64,000 nt of DNA, taken from positions 3,584,001 through 3,648,000 of the forward strand of contig OY764216.1 in NCBI GenBank assembly GCA_963668315.1. Reading direction: 5' to 3'. The position numbers and the translations under genes are program-made. Positions 1 through 9,826 of the stretch are shown in pieces. Under the pieces are notes generated by a model. That model had not been told where the DNA came from. It worked only from the letters and a program-made list of their open reading frames with translations, and made no database searches. This stretch comes from Spirochaetia bacterium (GTDB lineage Bacteria; Spirochaetota; Spirochaetia; DSM-2461). Each line of letters begins with the position of its first letter. Position 1 is the stretch's first letter.

Positions 1-54
1 AAAAAGAGGTTCCCAAAAAAAACAAAATTAAAGTTGTCGCTAAAAAATAAATCA

Positions 55-83
55 TTGATTTATTCACTAGTCTGTAATAGATT
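55..83 (+). promoter_or_regulatory. Candidate sigma70 promoter (TTGATT-17-TAGATT), 6 nt before the GTG at 90
   Basis: -35 at 55-60, -10 at 78-83; no Shine-Dalgarno before the GTG. Confidence 0.45.
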
Positions 84-89
84 TATAAT

Positions 90-1157
90 GTGAAGAAGAT
101 ATTTATCAATCTGGACGGCGGAAAGAAATTAAGTTTGGGAACTCTTGATTCACTTGCATCAAGGAGATTTCGCTTACGTTCGGTTGATGAAAATCAGTAT
201 CAGGCCAGAATCAATGTCGGTCTGATGGATGATTATAACTCCTATGAATTAAAATCGTTCTATCTGGATAAGCTGAAACCGTCGTCCAACGGATACTCCT
301 ATATGGAATGTCTTTTAAACAGAGACGGCCGGCGTCTTGAACTGATCATAAAAAATGCAGGCCGTACGGTCTGCCGGGAAAGCTTTTCCATTCTGCCCCG
401 TAAGTTATTCTACAGGAACATAGCCTTGCTCCTCGGGGCCGTTCTTCTCATCGCCGGTCTGACGTTTTTTTTCCTCACCTTTGATTTCTCCTCCATGGGA
501 GCGGGACAGAAAAGCTCTTACGCAGAGCCGCAACGGGTATCCCGTGAAAGGGAAACCAGCGAAGCAACAGGACAGCCGCCTAAGGAAGAATCCTCCCCGG
601 CTGTGACGGAAAAAGCTCCCCGGACGATAGAGAGGACTGTCCCTGTATCGGATGAAGGAAAGGAAGAAGCGCTCGATACATCATCTGAGCCCCTATCCCT
701 TGACAGCTCTTCCGTGGAAGTACAGGTAATCGAAGTCCCCGAAGCGGCAGAAGCGGCAGCCATTACCGGGAAAAGTCCGTCGGAAGAAATCAGCTCCCCC
801 CCGGGTCCCGATTTCTCCCTCCTTGATAAAAATGACTTAGTGTTGTATTTTACACCCAATAGTTCCTACCTGGAACCGAACGCCATTCATTCTCTGGAAA
901 ATGTCTTATCCTTTCTCTTGGATTATCCGACAGTCCGTGTTAAAATTACAGGACACTGTGCCATAGCCGGCACGGAAGCGGGAAGAAGAGAGATTTCAGT
1001 GGATAGAGCCGTTAATGTGGAGAGATGGCTGCGGAAGGGAGGCTGGAAGCCGGTTTTTCCTCCGCAGGTGAATGGAGAAGCGGGGAACTTTCCCTTAACA
1101 AGAGATCCTGAGAATCAGGAGATCAACCGCCGGGTCGAGATTGACCTATCCGAATAG
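90..1157 (+). CDS. Membrane-anchored OmpA/MotB-like peptidoglycan-binding domain protein
   Basis: TM helix at about aa 110-131, Ser/Glu/Pro-rich linker, C-terminal OmpA-like motifs (LYFTPNSSYL, ITGHC, S..RA..V, NRRVEI). Confidence 0.8.
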   Translation: MKKIFINLDGGKKLSLGTLDSLASRRFRLRSVDENQYQARINVGLMDDYNSYELKSFYLDKLKPSSNGYSYMECLLNRDGRRLELIIKNAGRTVCRESFSILPRKLFYRNIALLLGAVLLIAGLTFFFLTFDFSSMGAGQKSSYAEPQRVSRERETSEATGQPPKEESSPAVTEKAPRTIERTVPVSDEGKEEALDTSSEPLSLDSSSVEVQVIEVPEAAEAAAITGKSPSEEISSPPGPDFSLLDKNDLVLYFTPNSSYLEPNAIHSLENVLSFLLDYPTVRVKITGHCAIAGTEAGRREISVDRAVNVERWLRKGGWKPVFPPQVNGEAGNFPLTRDPENQEINRRVEIDLSE

Positions 1158-1174
1158 CTTAGGAGTTAGCGTAC

Positions 1175-1627
1175 TTGAATCTTTATGAAAATATTCCTTT
1201 GATGGCCAGTCTGGCTGCCCTTGTTCTGGCGCAGGTTCTTAAGGTCATCGTCGTCATCATCTTTGACAAGAAAATCGAAATGTTCCGCCTGAGCAGCACA
1301 GGGGGCATGCCCTCTTCCCATTCCGCATCAGTAGCAGCCCTGGCTTCTTCCATCGGTTATATATACGGGTTTGATACTCCCTACTTTGCCATATCCTGCG
1401 TTTTCGGCATCATTGTTATCTACGACTCTATCGGAATCAGACGGGCTGCGGGAAAACACGCAGAGATACTGAACTCGCTTATGGATGAATTCGCCCATCT
1501 CTGGGATGAGGGAGACAGGCCCAAAGCATTGAAAACCCTGCTGGGCCATACCTATCCGCAGACATTCGTGGGAACCCTGCTGGGGATTTTTGTCGGTATC
1601 GCCGCCTGCCGTATAAACGTACTGTGA
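1175..1627 (+). CDS. Divergent PAP2 family protein (DUF212)
   Basis: STGGMPSSHSA, YDSIGIRRAAG and LLGHT motifs; TTG start after AGGAG. Confidence 0.85.
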   Translation: MNLYENIPLMASLAALVLAQVLKVIVVIIFDKKIEMFRLSSTGGMPSSHSASVAALASSIGYIYGFDTPYFAISCVFGIIVIYDSIGIRRAAGKHAEILNSLMDEFAHLWDEGDRPKALKTLLGHTYPQTFVGTLLGIFVGIAACRINVL

Positions 1628-1712
1628 AATAAATCACACTAAAAGCTGGTCTTTTTTACTCTTCCGTTGTACAGTTTATTTAACGACAGGATAACACTGA
1701 AGGAGGCTGAAT

Positions 1713-2798
1713 ATGGCCAGAAAAATTAACTTTTATGCGGGACCTTCCGTTCTACCCGTAGAGGTACTGGAAGAGCTGGGAAAAGAGATGGTGGAATATA
1801 AGGGCAGCGGGCTTTCCCTCGTCGAAACAAGTCATCGCTCAGCCACTTATGATGAAATTCATAGTAATGCCCTGGTTCTCTTCCGGGAGCTTCTGCAGGT
1901 TCCTGATAATTATAAAATTCTTTTCCTTCAGGGGGGAGCGACCCTCCAGTTTACCATGGTACCCATGAACCTCATGGGGCAGGGCGGAACCTGTGATTTT
2001 ACCATGACCGGAGCCTGGGCGAAAAAAGCCATGGATGACGCAAAAAAAATCGGTAATGTCAACGTTGTGTTTGACGGCAGCGCCGATAATTTCATGTCCC
2101 TGCCCGAGGCGGATTCCGTCAAACCCTCGGACGGCTCCTCCTATCTCCATATCACCAGTAACGAAACGATCGGCGGCGTTCAGTGGAAATCCTTTCCCCG
2201 GACGGGCGATGTCCCTCTGGTCGCCGATATGTCCTCCGATATTCTCAGCCGTCCCCTGGATGTGAACCAGTTCGGCGTCATCTACGCGGGTGCTCAGAAG
2301 AACATAGGCCCCTCCGGACTGACCGTTGTGGTAATCCGTGAGGATCTCCTCGAGAGGCAGGCCGATAAGCTTACGGCCTACATGGCTTACAAAACCCACG
2401 CCAAGGGCGATTCCCTCTACAACACACCCGGAGTTTTCCCCATCTGGGCCACGGAACTCGTTCTGGCCAGGATGAAAAGAATGGGCGGTCTTGAGGCCTT
2501 TGCAAAGATGAACGAAGAGAAAGCCGCAGTGCTTTATAATGTCATTTCCCAATACTCCGATTTCTACAAATGCCCCGTTGACGCCAAATGCCGCTCCCTC
2601 ATGAATGTGGTCTTTACCACTCCCACGGAAGAACTGGACAAAGCTTTCGTAGCCCAGGCGACGGCCAAGGGAATGGTCGGTCTGAAAGGCCATAGGAGCG
2701 TGGGTGGCTGCCGGGCGTCCATTTACAACGCCATGCCCAAAGAAGGGGTGGAAGCGCTGGCTTCCTTCATGGAAGATTTTGCCAAGGTGAACGGCTGA
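1713..2798 (+). CDS. serC: Phosphoserine aminotransferase
   Basis: NFYAGPS, LQGGATLQF, ADMSS, AGAQKNIGP, GHRSVGGCRASIYNA; RBS AAGGAGG. Confidence 0.97.
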   Translation: MARKINFYAGPSVLPVEVLEELGKEMVEYKGSGLSLVETSHRSATYDEIHSNALVLFRELLQVPDNYKILFLQGGATLQFTMVPMNLMGQGGTCDFTMTGAWAKKAMDDAKKIGNVNVVFDGSADNFMSLPEADSVKPSDGSSYLHITSNETIGGVQWKSFPRTGDVPLVADMSSDILSRPLDVNQFGVIYAGAQKNIGPSGLTVVVIREDLLERQADKLTAYMAYKTHAKGDSLYNTPGVFPIWATELVLARMKRMGGLEAFAKMNEEKAAVLYNVISQYSDFYKCPVDAKCRSLMNVVFTTPTEELDKAFVAQATAKGMVGLKGHRSVGGCRASIYNAMPKEGVEALASFMEDFAKVNG

Positions 2799-2799
2799 G

Positions 2800-4083
2800 A
2801 TGTCTGAGCTGAGAGAAAAACTGGCCCGGGTCGGTCTGGGCCTTCCCCGGATTCTGCTTCCTTCGGATAAGCTGGATTATTCCAAATGGTCCGTTGTGGC
2901 CTGCGATCAGTTCACATCGGACAAGGCTTACTGGCGCGATGTGGAAGAGATTGCGGGAGACGCTCCGTCTACAAGAAAAATAATCTTCCCCGAAGTCTAC
3001 CTGGAAAAGGCGGACAAAGAAGCGGAGAGGGCAAAAATCAACGGAACCATGAGAACCTATCTGAACGACGGGACTTTGATCGAGAAGGATCCGGGGTTTG
3101 TCTACGTTGAGAGAAGCACCCCTTTCGTCAAAAAGCGAAAGGGCCTTGTGGCGGCTCTGGATCTGGAGATGTATGACTTTCACAAGGGCACGGTTTCCCC
3201 CATACGGCCCACGGAAGCCACCGTGCTGGATCGGCTCCCTCCCCGTATCAGCGTGAGAAGGGAAGCCGTATTGGATCTTCCCCATATTCTGGTGCTTTTT
3301 GATGATCCCGAAGACAGCGTTTTTTCCCTCCTGGAAGAGAAGAAGGACCTTTTCCCCGCCCTTTATGATTTTGATCTCATGAAATCGGGCGGTCATATAA
3401 AAGGCTTCGCCGTCAATGACGGGGATGTTCTGAATGCACTTGCCGAACGATTTGAAGAACTGAAGCAGGGAAAACCTCTTCTTTTTGCCATCGGGGACGG
3501 CAACCACTCCCTGGCTTCCGCCAAGGAGGTATGGAGAGAGCTTAAGGAAAAGGGAGCGTCCGATGATCATCCCGCCCGCTATGCCCTTGTAGAGCTGGAA
3601 AATATCCATGACAAGGGTCTGGTGTTCGAGCCTATCCACCGAGTGCTTTTTGATATGAAAGACGATAGTTTTTTCACTGCCTTAATGAACCTGCCCGGGG
3701 CGGAAAGCCGGGAAGTCGACTCCTTTGGGGAGATGAAAAACGAGATGGGACGAAAGGGCTGCATCGGCATCAGCTGGAACGGCAGACACTGGGCGGTCAC
3801 GCTCGCCGGTTCTTCCGATGAGCTGGAAGCGGAAAGGCTTCACGCTTTCCTGGATCCCTGGCTGGAAAAAACAGGCATTGCCGTCGATTACATCCACGGA
3901 GACGAAGCATACCTGGAACTGACCTCCCGGAAAGGCAACGGAGGAATTTATCTGCCTGCCATTGATAAGGGAGAGTTCTTCAGCCTTGTGGACCAAAAGG
4001 GTTCCATGCCCAGAAAAACCTTCTCCCTGGGAGAAGCGGAGGAAAAAAGATACTATCTTGAGGCAGCCAGGCTGATCCCTTAA
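2800..4083 (+). CDS. DUF1015 family protein
   Basis: WSVVACDQFTS, IRPTEAT, IGDGNHSLA, FEPIHR, MPRKTFS motifs; directly after serC. Confidence 0.85.
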   Translation: MSELREKLARVGLGLPRILLPSDKLDYSKWSVVACDQFTSDKAYWRDVEEIAGDAPSTRKIIFPEVYLEKADKEAERAKINGTMRTYLNDGTLIEKDPGFVYVERSTPFVKKRKGLVAALDLEMYDFHKGTVSPIRPTEATVLDRLPPRISVRREAVLDLPHILVLFDDPEDSVFSLLEEKKDLFPALYDFDLMKSGGHIKGFAVNDGDVLNALAERFEELKQGKPLLFAIGDGNHSLASAKEVWRELKEKGASDDHPARYALVELENIHDKGLVFEPIHRVLFDMKDDSFFTALMNLPGAESREVDSFGEMKNEMGRKGCIGISWNGRHWAVTLAGSSDELEAERLHAFLDPWLEKTGIAVDYIHGDEAYLELTSRKGNGGIYLPAIDKGEFFSLVDQKGSMPRKTFSLGEAEEKRYYLEAARLIP

Positions 4084-4973
4084 GAGAGGGGTCTGTGACT
4101 CTCTCTTCTGATGGTATTTTCACGGTCGGCGATGTGGGACAGGAGTTCCTCACCGCCGATCCATTCGAAAAATCTATTGAGAATATAATGAACCGCACGG
4201 GGTGAGGGATGGCATAAATCATCGCCGTACCAGCGGTAGTCCCTTAGTTCATCCATGACGATCTCGTAGGCGGGAAAATACTCGATCCAGTCCCTGTCTC
4301 GGCAGATATCTTCGCAAAGGCACCTGAGCAAAGCCTTGGAATAGGAATTTTCCCGGGCATCATTACGTAAATGCCGGACGGGACTGACCGTGATTATTAC
4401 GCGAAGCTTTTCATTGTATTCCCTTAATCGATCCAGAGATATTCCCAGAGAACCGCCGGAAGAAGGATCATCCCATCTTACATAACTGTCCCGTTCAAAA
4501 TCCCGATTGTCACACCTGTGGCAATTATTGACGATCCGGGAAGAGGAAATATGCCTGTAAACCCAGGCTGTCCCCAGAGTGACGACAAGAAAATCTGTTT
4601 CGCCCAACTCTTCGTGTCCCCGGGCAACCAGCTCCCGGAAATGGGATTCCGCCCTCTCTCCCTCCGAAGGCTCCCCCCTATAGCACCGGGAGGAATGAAA
4701 GGAGAAATGTCTCCAGAGCCCCTGCTGATAAAAGGGTGCGCCCCTTAGGGTATTATCCGACAGATTTGTAAAAGACTCGGCCAGACTGAGGGGATTGTAG
4801 GAGATACCAAAGGGAGAGAGAGTGCTATTCAGTCCCAGGATCCGGTATTTATCTTCCAGTTCCGAAGCGAAGCAGGAGCCGAAAAAACCGACCCTGTGGC
4901 GGGGCGTCAATTCGAAGGAGGATCGGGGAAATCTGACCGGAGTTCGGGTATTGGCCCAGAAATCTTTTTTCAT
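4080..4973 (-). CDS. GSCFA domain protein (SGNH-like)
   Basis: GSCFA, TLGTAW, TVSPVRH, YFPAYEI..DELRDYR, D..HP. Confidence 0.9.
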   Translation of the reverse strand: MKKDFWANTRTPVRFPRSSFELTPRHRVGFFGSCFASELEDKYRILGLNSTLSPFGISYNPLSLAESFTNLSDNTLRGAPFYQQGLWRHFSFHSSRCYRGEPSEGERAESHFRELVARGHEELGETDFLVVTLGTAWVYRHISSSRIVNNCHRCDNRDFERDSYVRWDDPSSGGSLGISLDRLREYNEKLRVIITVSPVRHLRNDARENSYSKALLRCLCEDICRDRDWIEYFPAYEIVMDELRDYRWYGDDLCHPSPRAVHYILNRFFEWIGGEELLSHIADRENTIRRESHRPLS

Positions 4974-4974
4974 G

Positions 4975-6327
4975 TCAGATTTTCAGGAAGAGGCGGGCAA
5001 TCTCAAAATAGATGGTCAGACCGCACACGTCTATGACGGTAGACATGAGGGGACCGGCGGCGACCGTCGGGTCAAGACCGATCCGATGGATGACCATGGG
5101 AACGATACAGCCCAGTATGGTCGCAAAGACCACCACGCAGGTAAGGGCGAAGGCGACCGTCAGGGCTTCATAAAAACCGATTCCCGGGGGCAGGAACAGG
5201 CTTCGAAGCAGAATAACCACACCGGTGGCCACCCCGATAAGCAGGGCGACGAAGAGCTCTTTGAGAATGACTTTCCCCAGGTCTTTGAATTTCAGCTCGC
5301 CCGTGGCTAATCCGCGTATCATCAAAGTGGATGACTGGGTTCCTGTGTTACCCCCTGTCTGGGTAATCACGGGGATGAAGAGTGTCAGAAACAGGGCCGC
5401 CACCGTCAGATCGGAGTAGGCGTCAAGAACATTGGTGGTAATCGTCCCCGCGATGAGAAGGATGATAAGCCAGGGGAGACGCTTCCAGACCAGGGCGAAG
5501 ACCGATGATTCCAGATAGCTGTCCGTGCTTCCTCCCATGGCACCCATCTTGTAGATATCTTCGGTCTGTTCTTCCCTAATGACGTCGATGACATCATCAA
5601 ACGTCACGATACCGAGAAGCCGGTGCTGATTGTCTACAACGGGAATAGCCAGCAGGTCGTTATCTTCCAGAACCCGGGCGGCCTCTTCCTGGTCCGTATC
5701 AGCCTTGACATAGATGACATTGCGTTCCATGAGATCGCCGACTTTTTCGTTATTATCGGCCGACAAAAGTTCCCTTAGGGAGATAACGCCGATAAGTCTT
5801 TTGAATCCGTCCACCACATAAAGGTAGTAGATGGTTTCCAGCTTATCCGTCATATCCCGGCGGACAAAACTGATAGCCTGATTCACCGTGATTTCCGCCC
5901 GGAGCGCTCCGTAACGGGGCGTCATGATTCCGGCGGCGTCATCCTCGTCATAGCGTAAAAGAAATTCGATCTCCCGCCGTGAGTCCTTAGTCAGATTATT
6001 CCAGAGGCTTTCTCGCACATCGGCGGAAACCGACTGGATAAGGTCGGCCAGGTCATCCGGCTCCATATAGAGGAGGAGATCCTTGGTAAGTTGCTCGGAC
6101 AGATTTTCCAGAAGGACTTCCTGGTCGGAATGGTTCAGCTCGGCCATAAGGCTGGAGCGGCTCTCCTGGTCAATAAGAAGGAACAGCTGCAGAGACTGCT
6201 CAGGAGTCAGGGAGTCCCAGAGTTCCACGAGGTCGGAGGCTGTCAGTTCCCGCAGGGAATCGGCTATCTCCCCGTTATTCAAAGGGTCTTCCATATATTC
6301 GCTTATGTTATCGAGCAGCCTTTCCAT
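4975..6327 (-). CDS. mgtE: Magnesium transporter MgtE
   Basis: Acidic N-domain, CBS pair, RLPWL, GGNTGTQS, DPTVAAGPLMSTVID. Confidence 0.95.
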   Translation of the reverse strand: MERLLDNISEYMEDPLNNGEIADSLRELTASDLVELWDSLTPEQSLQLFLLIDQESRSSLMAELNHSDQEVLLENLSEQLTKDLLLYMEPDDLADLIQSVSADVRESLWNNLTKDSRREIEFLLRYDEDDAAGIMTPRYGALRAEITVNQAISFVRRDMTDKLETIYYLYVVDGFKRLIGVISLRELLSADNNEKVGDLMERNVIYVKADTDQEEAARVLEDNDLLAIPVVDNQHRLLGIVTFDDVIDVIREEQTEDIYKMGAMGGSTDSYLESSVFALVWKRLPWLIILLIAGTITTNVLDAYSDLTVAALFLTLFIPVITQTGGNTGTQSSTLMIRGLATGELKFKDLGKVILKELFVALLIGVATGVVILLRSLFLPPGIGFYEALTVAFALTCVVVFATILGCIVPMVIHRIGLDPTVAAGPLMSTVIDVCGLTIYFEIARLFLKI

Positions 6328-6340
6328 AATGCCTCCTTTA

Positions 6341-7291
6341 TCAGTCCCAGTCTCCCACCCTTATGACTTCCGGTTCCAGGTCAAAGCCGGTGGCCTCTTT
6401 TACCCGTTTCTGAACTTCCACGATAAGCTCGGATATATCCTCCGATGTGGCGCGGTTCTTATTTATCAGAATGTTGCCGTGCCAGGAAGAGACGGCGGCG
6501 CCTCCCCGGGTGAATCCTTTCAATCCGCATTCATCGATAATCTGTCCCGAGGGTTTACCGAACTTTCTGTCGTTCTTAAACGTCGATCCCGCCGACGGGG
6601 CTTTAAAATGTCCCTTCTCCAGGCGGCTCGCGGCGATTCGCGACATTTCCCCTTTTATGAGATCTCTATCGCCCGGACTCAAGCGGAAAGCCGCCCCGGT
6701 GATGATGAGGCCCTTCTTCTGAAAGGGGGAAATTTTATAACCCCAGTCATTCTTATCCATGGGGACGATTTTTACCTCATCATCGTCTGTCAGGACCTCG
6801 GCCCAGGAGAGGACATCGGCAATTTCCGAGCCGTAGCACCGGGCGTTCATATAGAGAGCACCCCCGACCGATCCGGGGAGACGGTTGAGGAATTCCAGCC
6901 CCGTAAGGGAGTAGTCGCACCCGGCCTGAACCAGGGCGTTTACCGTCGTACCCGCCCCGCAGATAAGGTCGTTATTTTCCAGACGGATATTATCGAGCCC
7001 CTCCATGGAGAGGGTGACACCGGGAATCCCCCTGTCGGAAACGAGAATATTGGCTCCCCCCCCCAGAATAAACAGGGGGAATCCCTGATTTCTGCATACT
7101 CTTCTGATATCAATAAGATCCTGAATATGACGGGGTATGACAAATACTTCTGCCTTGCCTCCGGAATGAAAAGTGCAGTGACCGTCCATGGGCTCTTCGG
7201 TAAAAAAAGGACAGGACGGAGGATTCTGGATGAAATATTCGGCGGCTCTCTTCACGGGGCCATCATAACGTCGATTCCCGTCCCTCGTCAA
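6341..7291 (-). CDS. murB: UDP-N-acetylmuramate dehydrogenase
   Basis: LGGGANILVSD, PGSVGGALYMNA, PSAGSTFKN, HGNILIN, LEPEV; exact start uncertain. Confidence 0.93.
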   Translation of the reverse strand: MTRDGNRRYDGPVKRAAEYFIQNPPSCPFFTEEPMDGHCTFHSGGKAEVFVIPRHIQDLIDIRRVCRNQGFPLFILGGGANILVSDRGIPGVTLSMEGLDNIRLENNDLICGAGTTVNALVQAGCDYSLTGLEFLNRLPGSVGGALYMNARCYGSEIADVLSWAEVLTDDDEVKIVPMDKNDWGYKISPFQKKGLIITGAAFRLSPGDRDLIKGEMSRIAASRLEKGHFKAPSAGSTFKNDRKFGKPSGQIIDECGLKGFTRGGAAVSSWHGNILINKNRATSEDISELIVEVQKRVKEATGFDLEPEVIRVGDWD

Positions 7292-7980
7292 TCGGTGCCA
7301 TTTTCCAGAAGGGCCGTTACTTCGGTAAAACCGGACAGGGCCGCCCGGCCGGCGGGGTCGAGCTCATAGCTTCCTTTTTTCACCCGGTTGAACCAGCCGT
7401 AGTAATTATCCGATAGTATGCGCTGGGTCTTTTCTCCGCATCCCAGGGATCGTAATTCCCGGGGGGATAGGCAAGGCTTATCCTTCAGAAACCAGGCGAT
7501 TCTGATGGCTTCCTGCTTATAAGTGGATATTTTTTCGTCCGATGCGGTGCTTCCCCCCTTGTTGAATTCGCCGTAACGCCCTTCGATCTCCCGGAGTATC
7601 ATCTGCCTTTTTCTCTGGGCCATCCGCTCGGTAAAAGGCACGGGGTGTAAAACGACTTCAACCCGGGTTGATTTTTTCAGAAAACGGACCAGGATCAGCC
7701 CCGTTTCAAGCCTCCTGAGCAGATCCTTGAGAGATCGGTAGTTCGGAGGATAAGCGCCGCTTCCCTCCACAGGCACCGCCGCATAAACGGCGGCGGTGAT
7801 TTTTTTTCGGGAGACCGTCTGATAGACAAGGGAGAGGGAAAATCGGGTTTTCATCTCAACAATGATGAGTTCCTCTCCCTTGCGGGCGGTTATGTCGCAG
7901 TGTTTCACCTCCGAATTCACTTCGTAGCCCTGCTTTTCCAGGTAGCTTCTCAGGGGTGGATACAGATCCGTCTCTTTCAT
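7288..7980 (-). CDS. DUF2161 family putative PD-(D/E)XK-type protein
   Basis: MKETDLY.P...L..QGYEV.SEV..CDI, VEMK, N.YGWF. Confidence 0.8.
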   Translation of the reverse strand: MKETDLYPPLRSYLEKQGYEVNSEVKHCDITARKGEELIIVEMKTRFSLSLVYQTVSRKKITAAVYAAVPVEGSGAYPPNYRSLKDLLRRLETGLILVRFLKKSTRVEVVLHPVPFTERMAQRKRQMILREIEGRYGEFNKGGSTASDEKISTYKQEAIRIAWFLKDKPCLSPRELRSLGCGEKTQRILSDNYYGWFNRVKKGSYELDPAGRAALSGFTEVTALLENGTD

Positions 7981-8098
7981 TGCTCCATTTTACCGGAAAA
8001 AACCCGTTTAAACATTGAAATAAACCGTAAAAATAGATATTTTTGTAATGAAAACAGTATGAACAGCCGGCTTCCGTCCGGCATAAGGAGATATTTAC

Positions 8099-9754
8099 AT
8101 GGTAGAATCGCTGAAAAAAAATAGTTTCTACGGCAAGAGAAAAGGACCGGTGGTCCTCTGTATCATGGACGGTGTGGGATTTGGCAAGTACGAAGAGGGC
8201 GATGCCGTGAAAGCGGCTATTACCGAAACCCTTGACGCCATGATGGCTACCAGCCCGGTAACCTCCCTGAAAGCCCACGGTACCTCCGTCGGCCTTCCCG
8301 ACGATTCAGACATGGGTAACTCCGAAGTAGGGCATAATGCCATCGGCTGCGGACGTGTTTTCGCCCAGGGCGCCAGACTCGTCAACGATTCCATCGGCAG
8401 CGGCAAAGTCTTTACCGAGCCGGTCTGGCAGAAACTGGTAAAGAATGTCAAGGACAAGGGCTCCACCATGCATTTCATTTCCCTCCTTTCCGACGGAGGC
8501 GTTCACTCCCATATCAACCAGCTCAAGGGACTGATCGAACAGGCCAAGAAAGAGGGCGTATCCAAGGTGAGGGTACATGCCCTTCTGGACGGCCGCGATG
8601 TCGGTCCCACAAGCGCCCTTGAATATTTCGATCCCTTTACCGAATATCTCTCCGGCCTGTCCGATGACAGCTTTGATGCCCGCATCGCCTCCGGAGGCGG
8701 AAGAATGGTGATAACCATGGACCGCTACGGTGCTGACTGGGGCATGGTCGAAAAGGGCTGGCAGACCCATGTCCTGGGCGAGGGAAGAACTTTCGCCAGC
8801 GCCCATGAGGCCATCGAAACCCTGCGCAGCGAGACGGAAGCCCTGGACCAGGACCTCCCCGCCTTCGTTATCGAGGATGAGTCGGGAAAACCGGTCGGCT
8901 CCATGAGCGACGGTGACAGTGTCATTCTCGCCAACTTCAGAGGAGACCGTGCCCTGGAGCTGTCCATGGCTTTCGACGGGGGCGACGATTTTGACAAGTT
9001 CGACAGAAAGTTCATCCCCAAAGTGGAATATGCCGGCCTGATGGAGTACGACGGAGATCTGCATATCCCCAAGCAGTACCTGGTATCTCCTCCCGATATA
9101 GACAGAACCATGGCGGAATATCTCTGTGCCACGGGGGTGAAGCAGTTCTCCATTTCCGAAACCCAGAAGTTCGGCCATATCACATACTTTTTCAACGGCA
9201 ACAAGTCGGGCAAATTCTCCGAGGAACTGGAAGATTATGTGGAGATTCCCAGCGACAACTGTCCTTTCGAGCAGCGCCCCGCTATGAAATGCGCCGAAAT
9301 TACCGACCGGGTACTGGGCGAAATCAAAGCCGGTGATTACAAGCTGATCAAGCTGAACTTCCCCAATGGGGATATGGTGGGTCATACAGGCGTATTCCAG
9401 GCCGTTGTCTGTTCCATGGAAGCCATGGACCTCTCGATCGGCAGGATGAAGAAAGCCATAGATGCGGCCGGCGGCATCATGATTCTCAGCGCCGACCACG
9501 GGAATTCCGACGATATGTTCGAGCATGACAAGAAGACCGGAGATGTGAAGGTAAAGAACGGGAAGAAAGTACAGAAAACCTCCCACTCCCTGAATCCCGT
9601 CCCCTGCATTATCTACGATCCCCAGTTCAACGGAGAGTATGATACGACCCTGAACGAAGGTCTCGGTATCAGCTCCCTGGCGGCAACGACACTTAACCTT
9701 ATGGGTTACGAGGCTCCCGCGGACTACGACAAGAGCGTTATTAGCTTTAAATAA
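8099..9754 (+). CDS. gpmI: 2,3-bisphosphoglycerate-independent phosphoglycerate mutase
   Basis: MGNSEVGH, SDGGVHSH, DGRD, ETQKFGH, NGDMVGHTG, SADHGN. Confidence 0.97.
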   Translation: MVESLKKNSFYGKRKGPVVLCIMDGVGFGKYEEGDAVKAAITETLDAMMATSPVTSLKAHGTSVGLPDDSDMGNSEVGHNAIGCGRVFAQGARLVNDSIGSGKVFTEPVWQKLVKNVKDKGSTMHFISLLSDGGVHSHINQLKGLIEQAKKEGVSKVRVHALLDGRDVGPTSALEYFDPFTEYLSGLSDDSFDARIASGGGRMVITMDRYGADWGMVEKGWQTHVLGEGRTFASAHEAIETLRSETEALDQDLPAFVIEDESGKPVGSMSDGDSVILANFRGDRALELSMAFDGGDDFDKFDRKFIPKVEYAGLMEYDGDLHIPKQYLVSPPDIDRTMAEYLCATGVKQFSISETQKFGHITYFFNGNKSGKFSEELEDYVEIPSDNCPFEQRPAMKCAEITDRVLGEIKAGDYKLIKLNFPNGDMVGHTGVFQAVVCSMEAMDLSIGRMKKAIDAAGGIMILSADHGNSDDMFEHDKKTGDVKVKNGKKVQKTSHSLNPVPCIIYDPQFNGEYDTTLNEGLGISSLAATTLNLMGYEAPADYDKSVISFK

Positions 9755-9786
9755 AAAAAACCGCCCCGGAGGCGGCTTGCTTTGAG

Positions 9787-9821
9787 AAAATACCCCGGTG
9801 TTCAGAATCCGGGGTATTTTT
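9787..9821. terminator. Bidirectional intrinsic terminator between convergent genes
   Basis: AAAATACCCCGG...CCGGGGTATTTT inverted repeat; a smaller CCGCC/GGCGG hairpin lies at about 9761-9775. Confidence 0.75.
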
Positions 9822-9826
9822 ATGGA

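Noticed and set aside
6083..7369. 428-aa plus-strand ORF
   Set aside because: Antisense shadow of murB/mgtE with no recognisable motifs.
8306..9586. 426-aa minus-strand ORF
   Set aside because: Antisense to gpmI; expected from biased codon usage.
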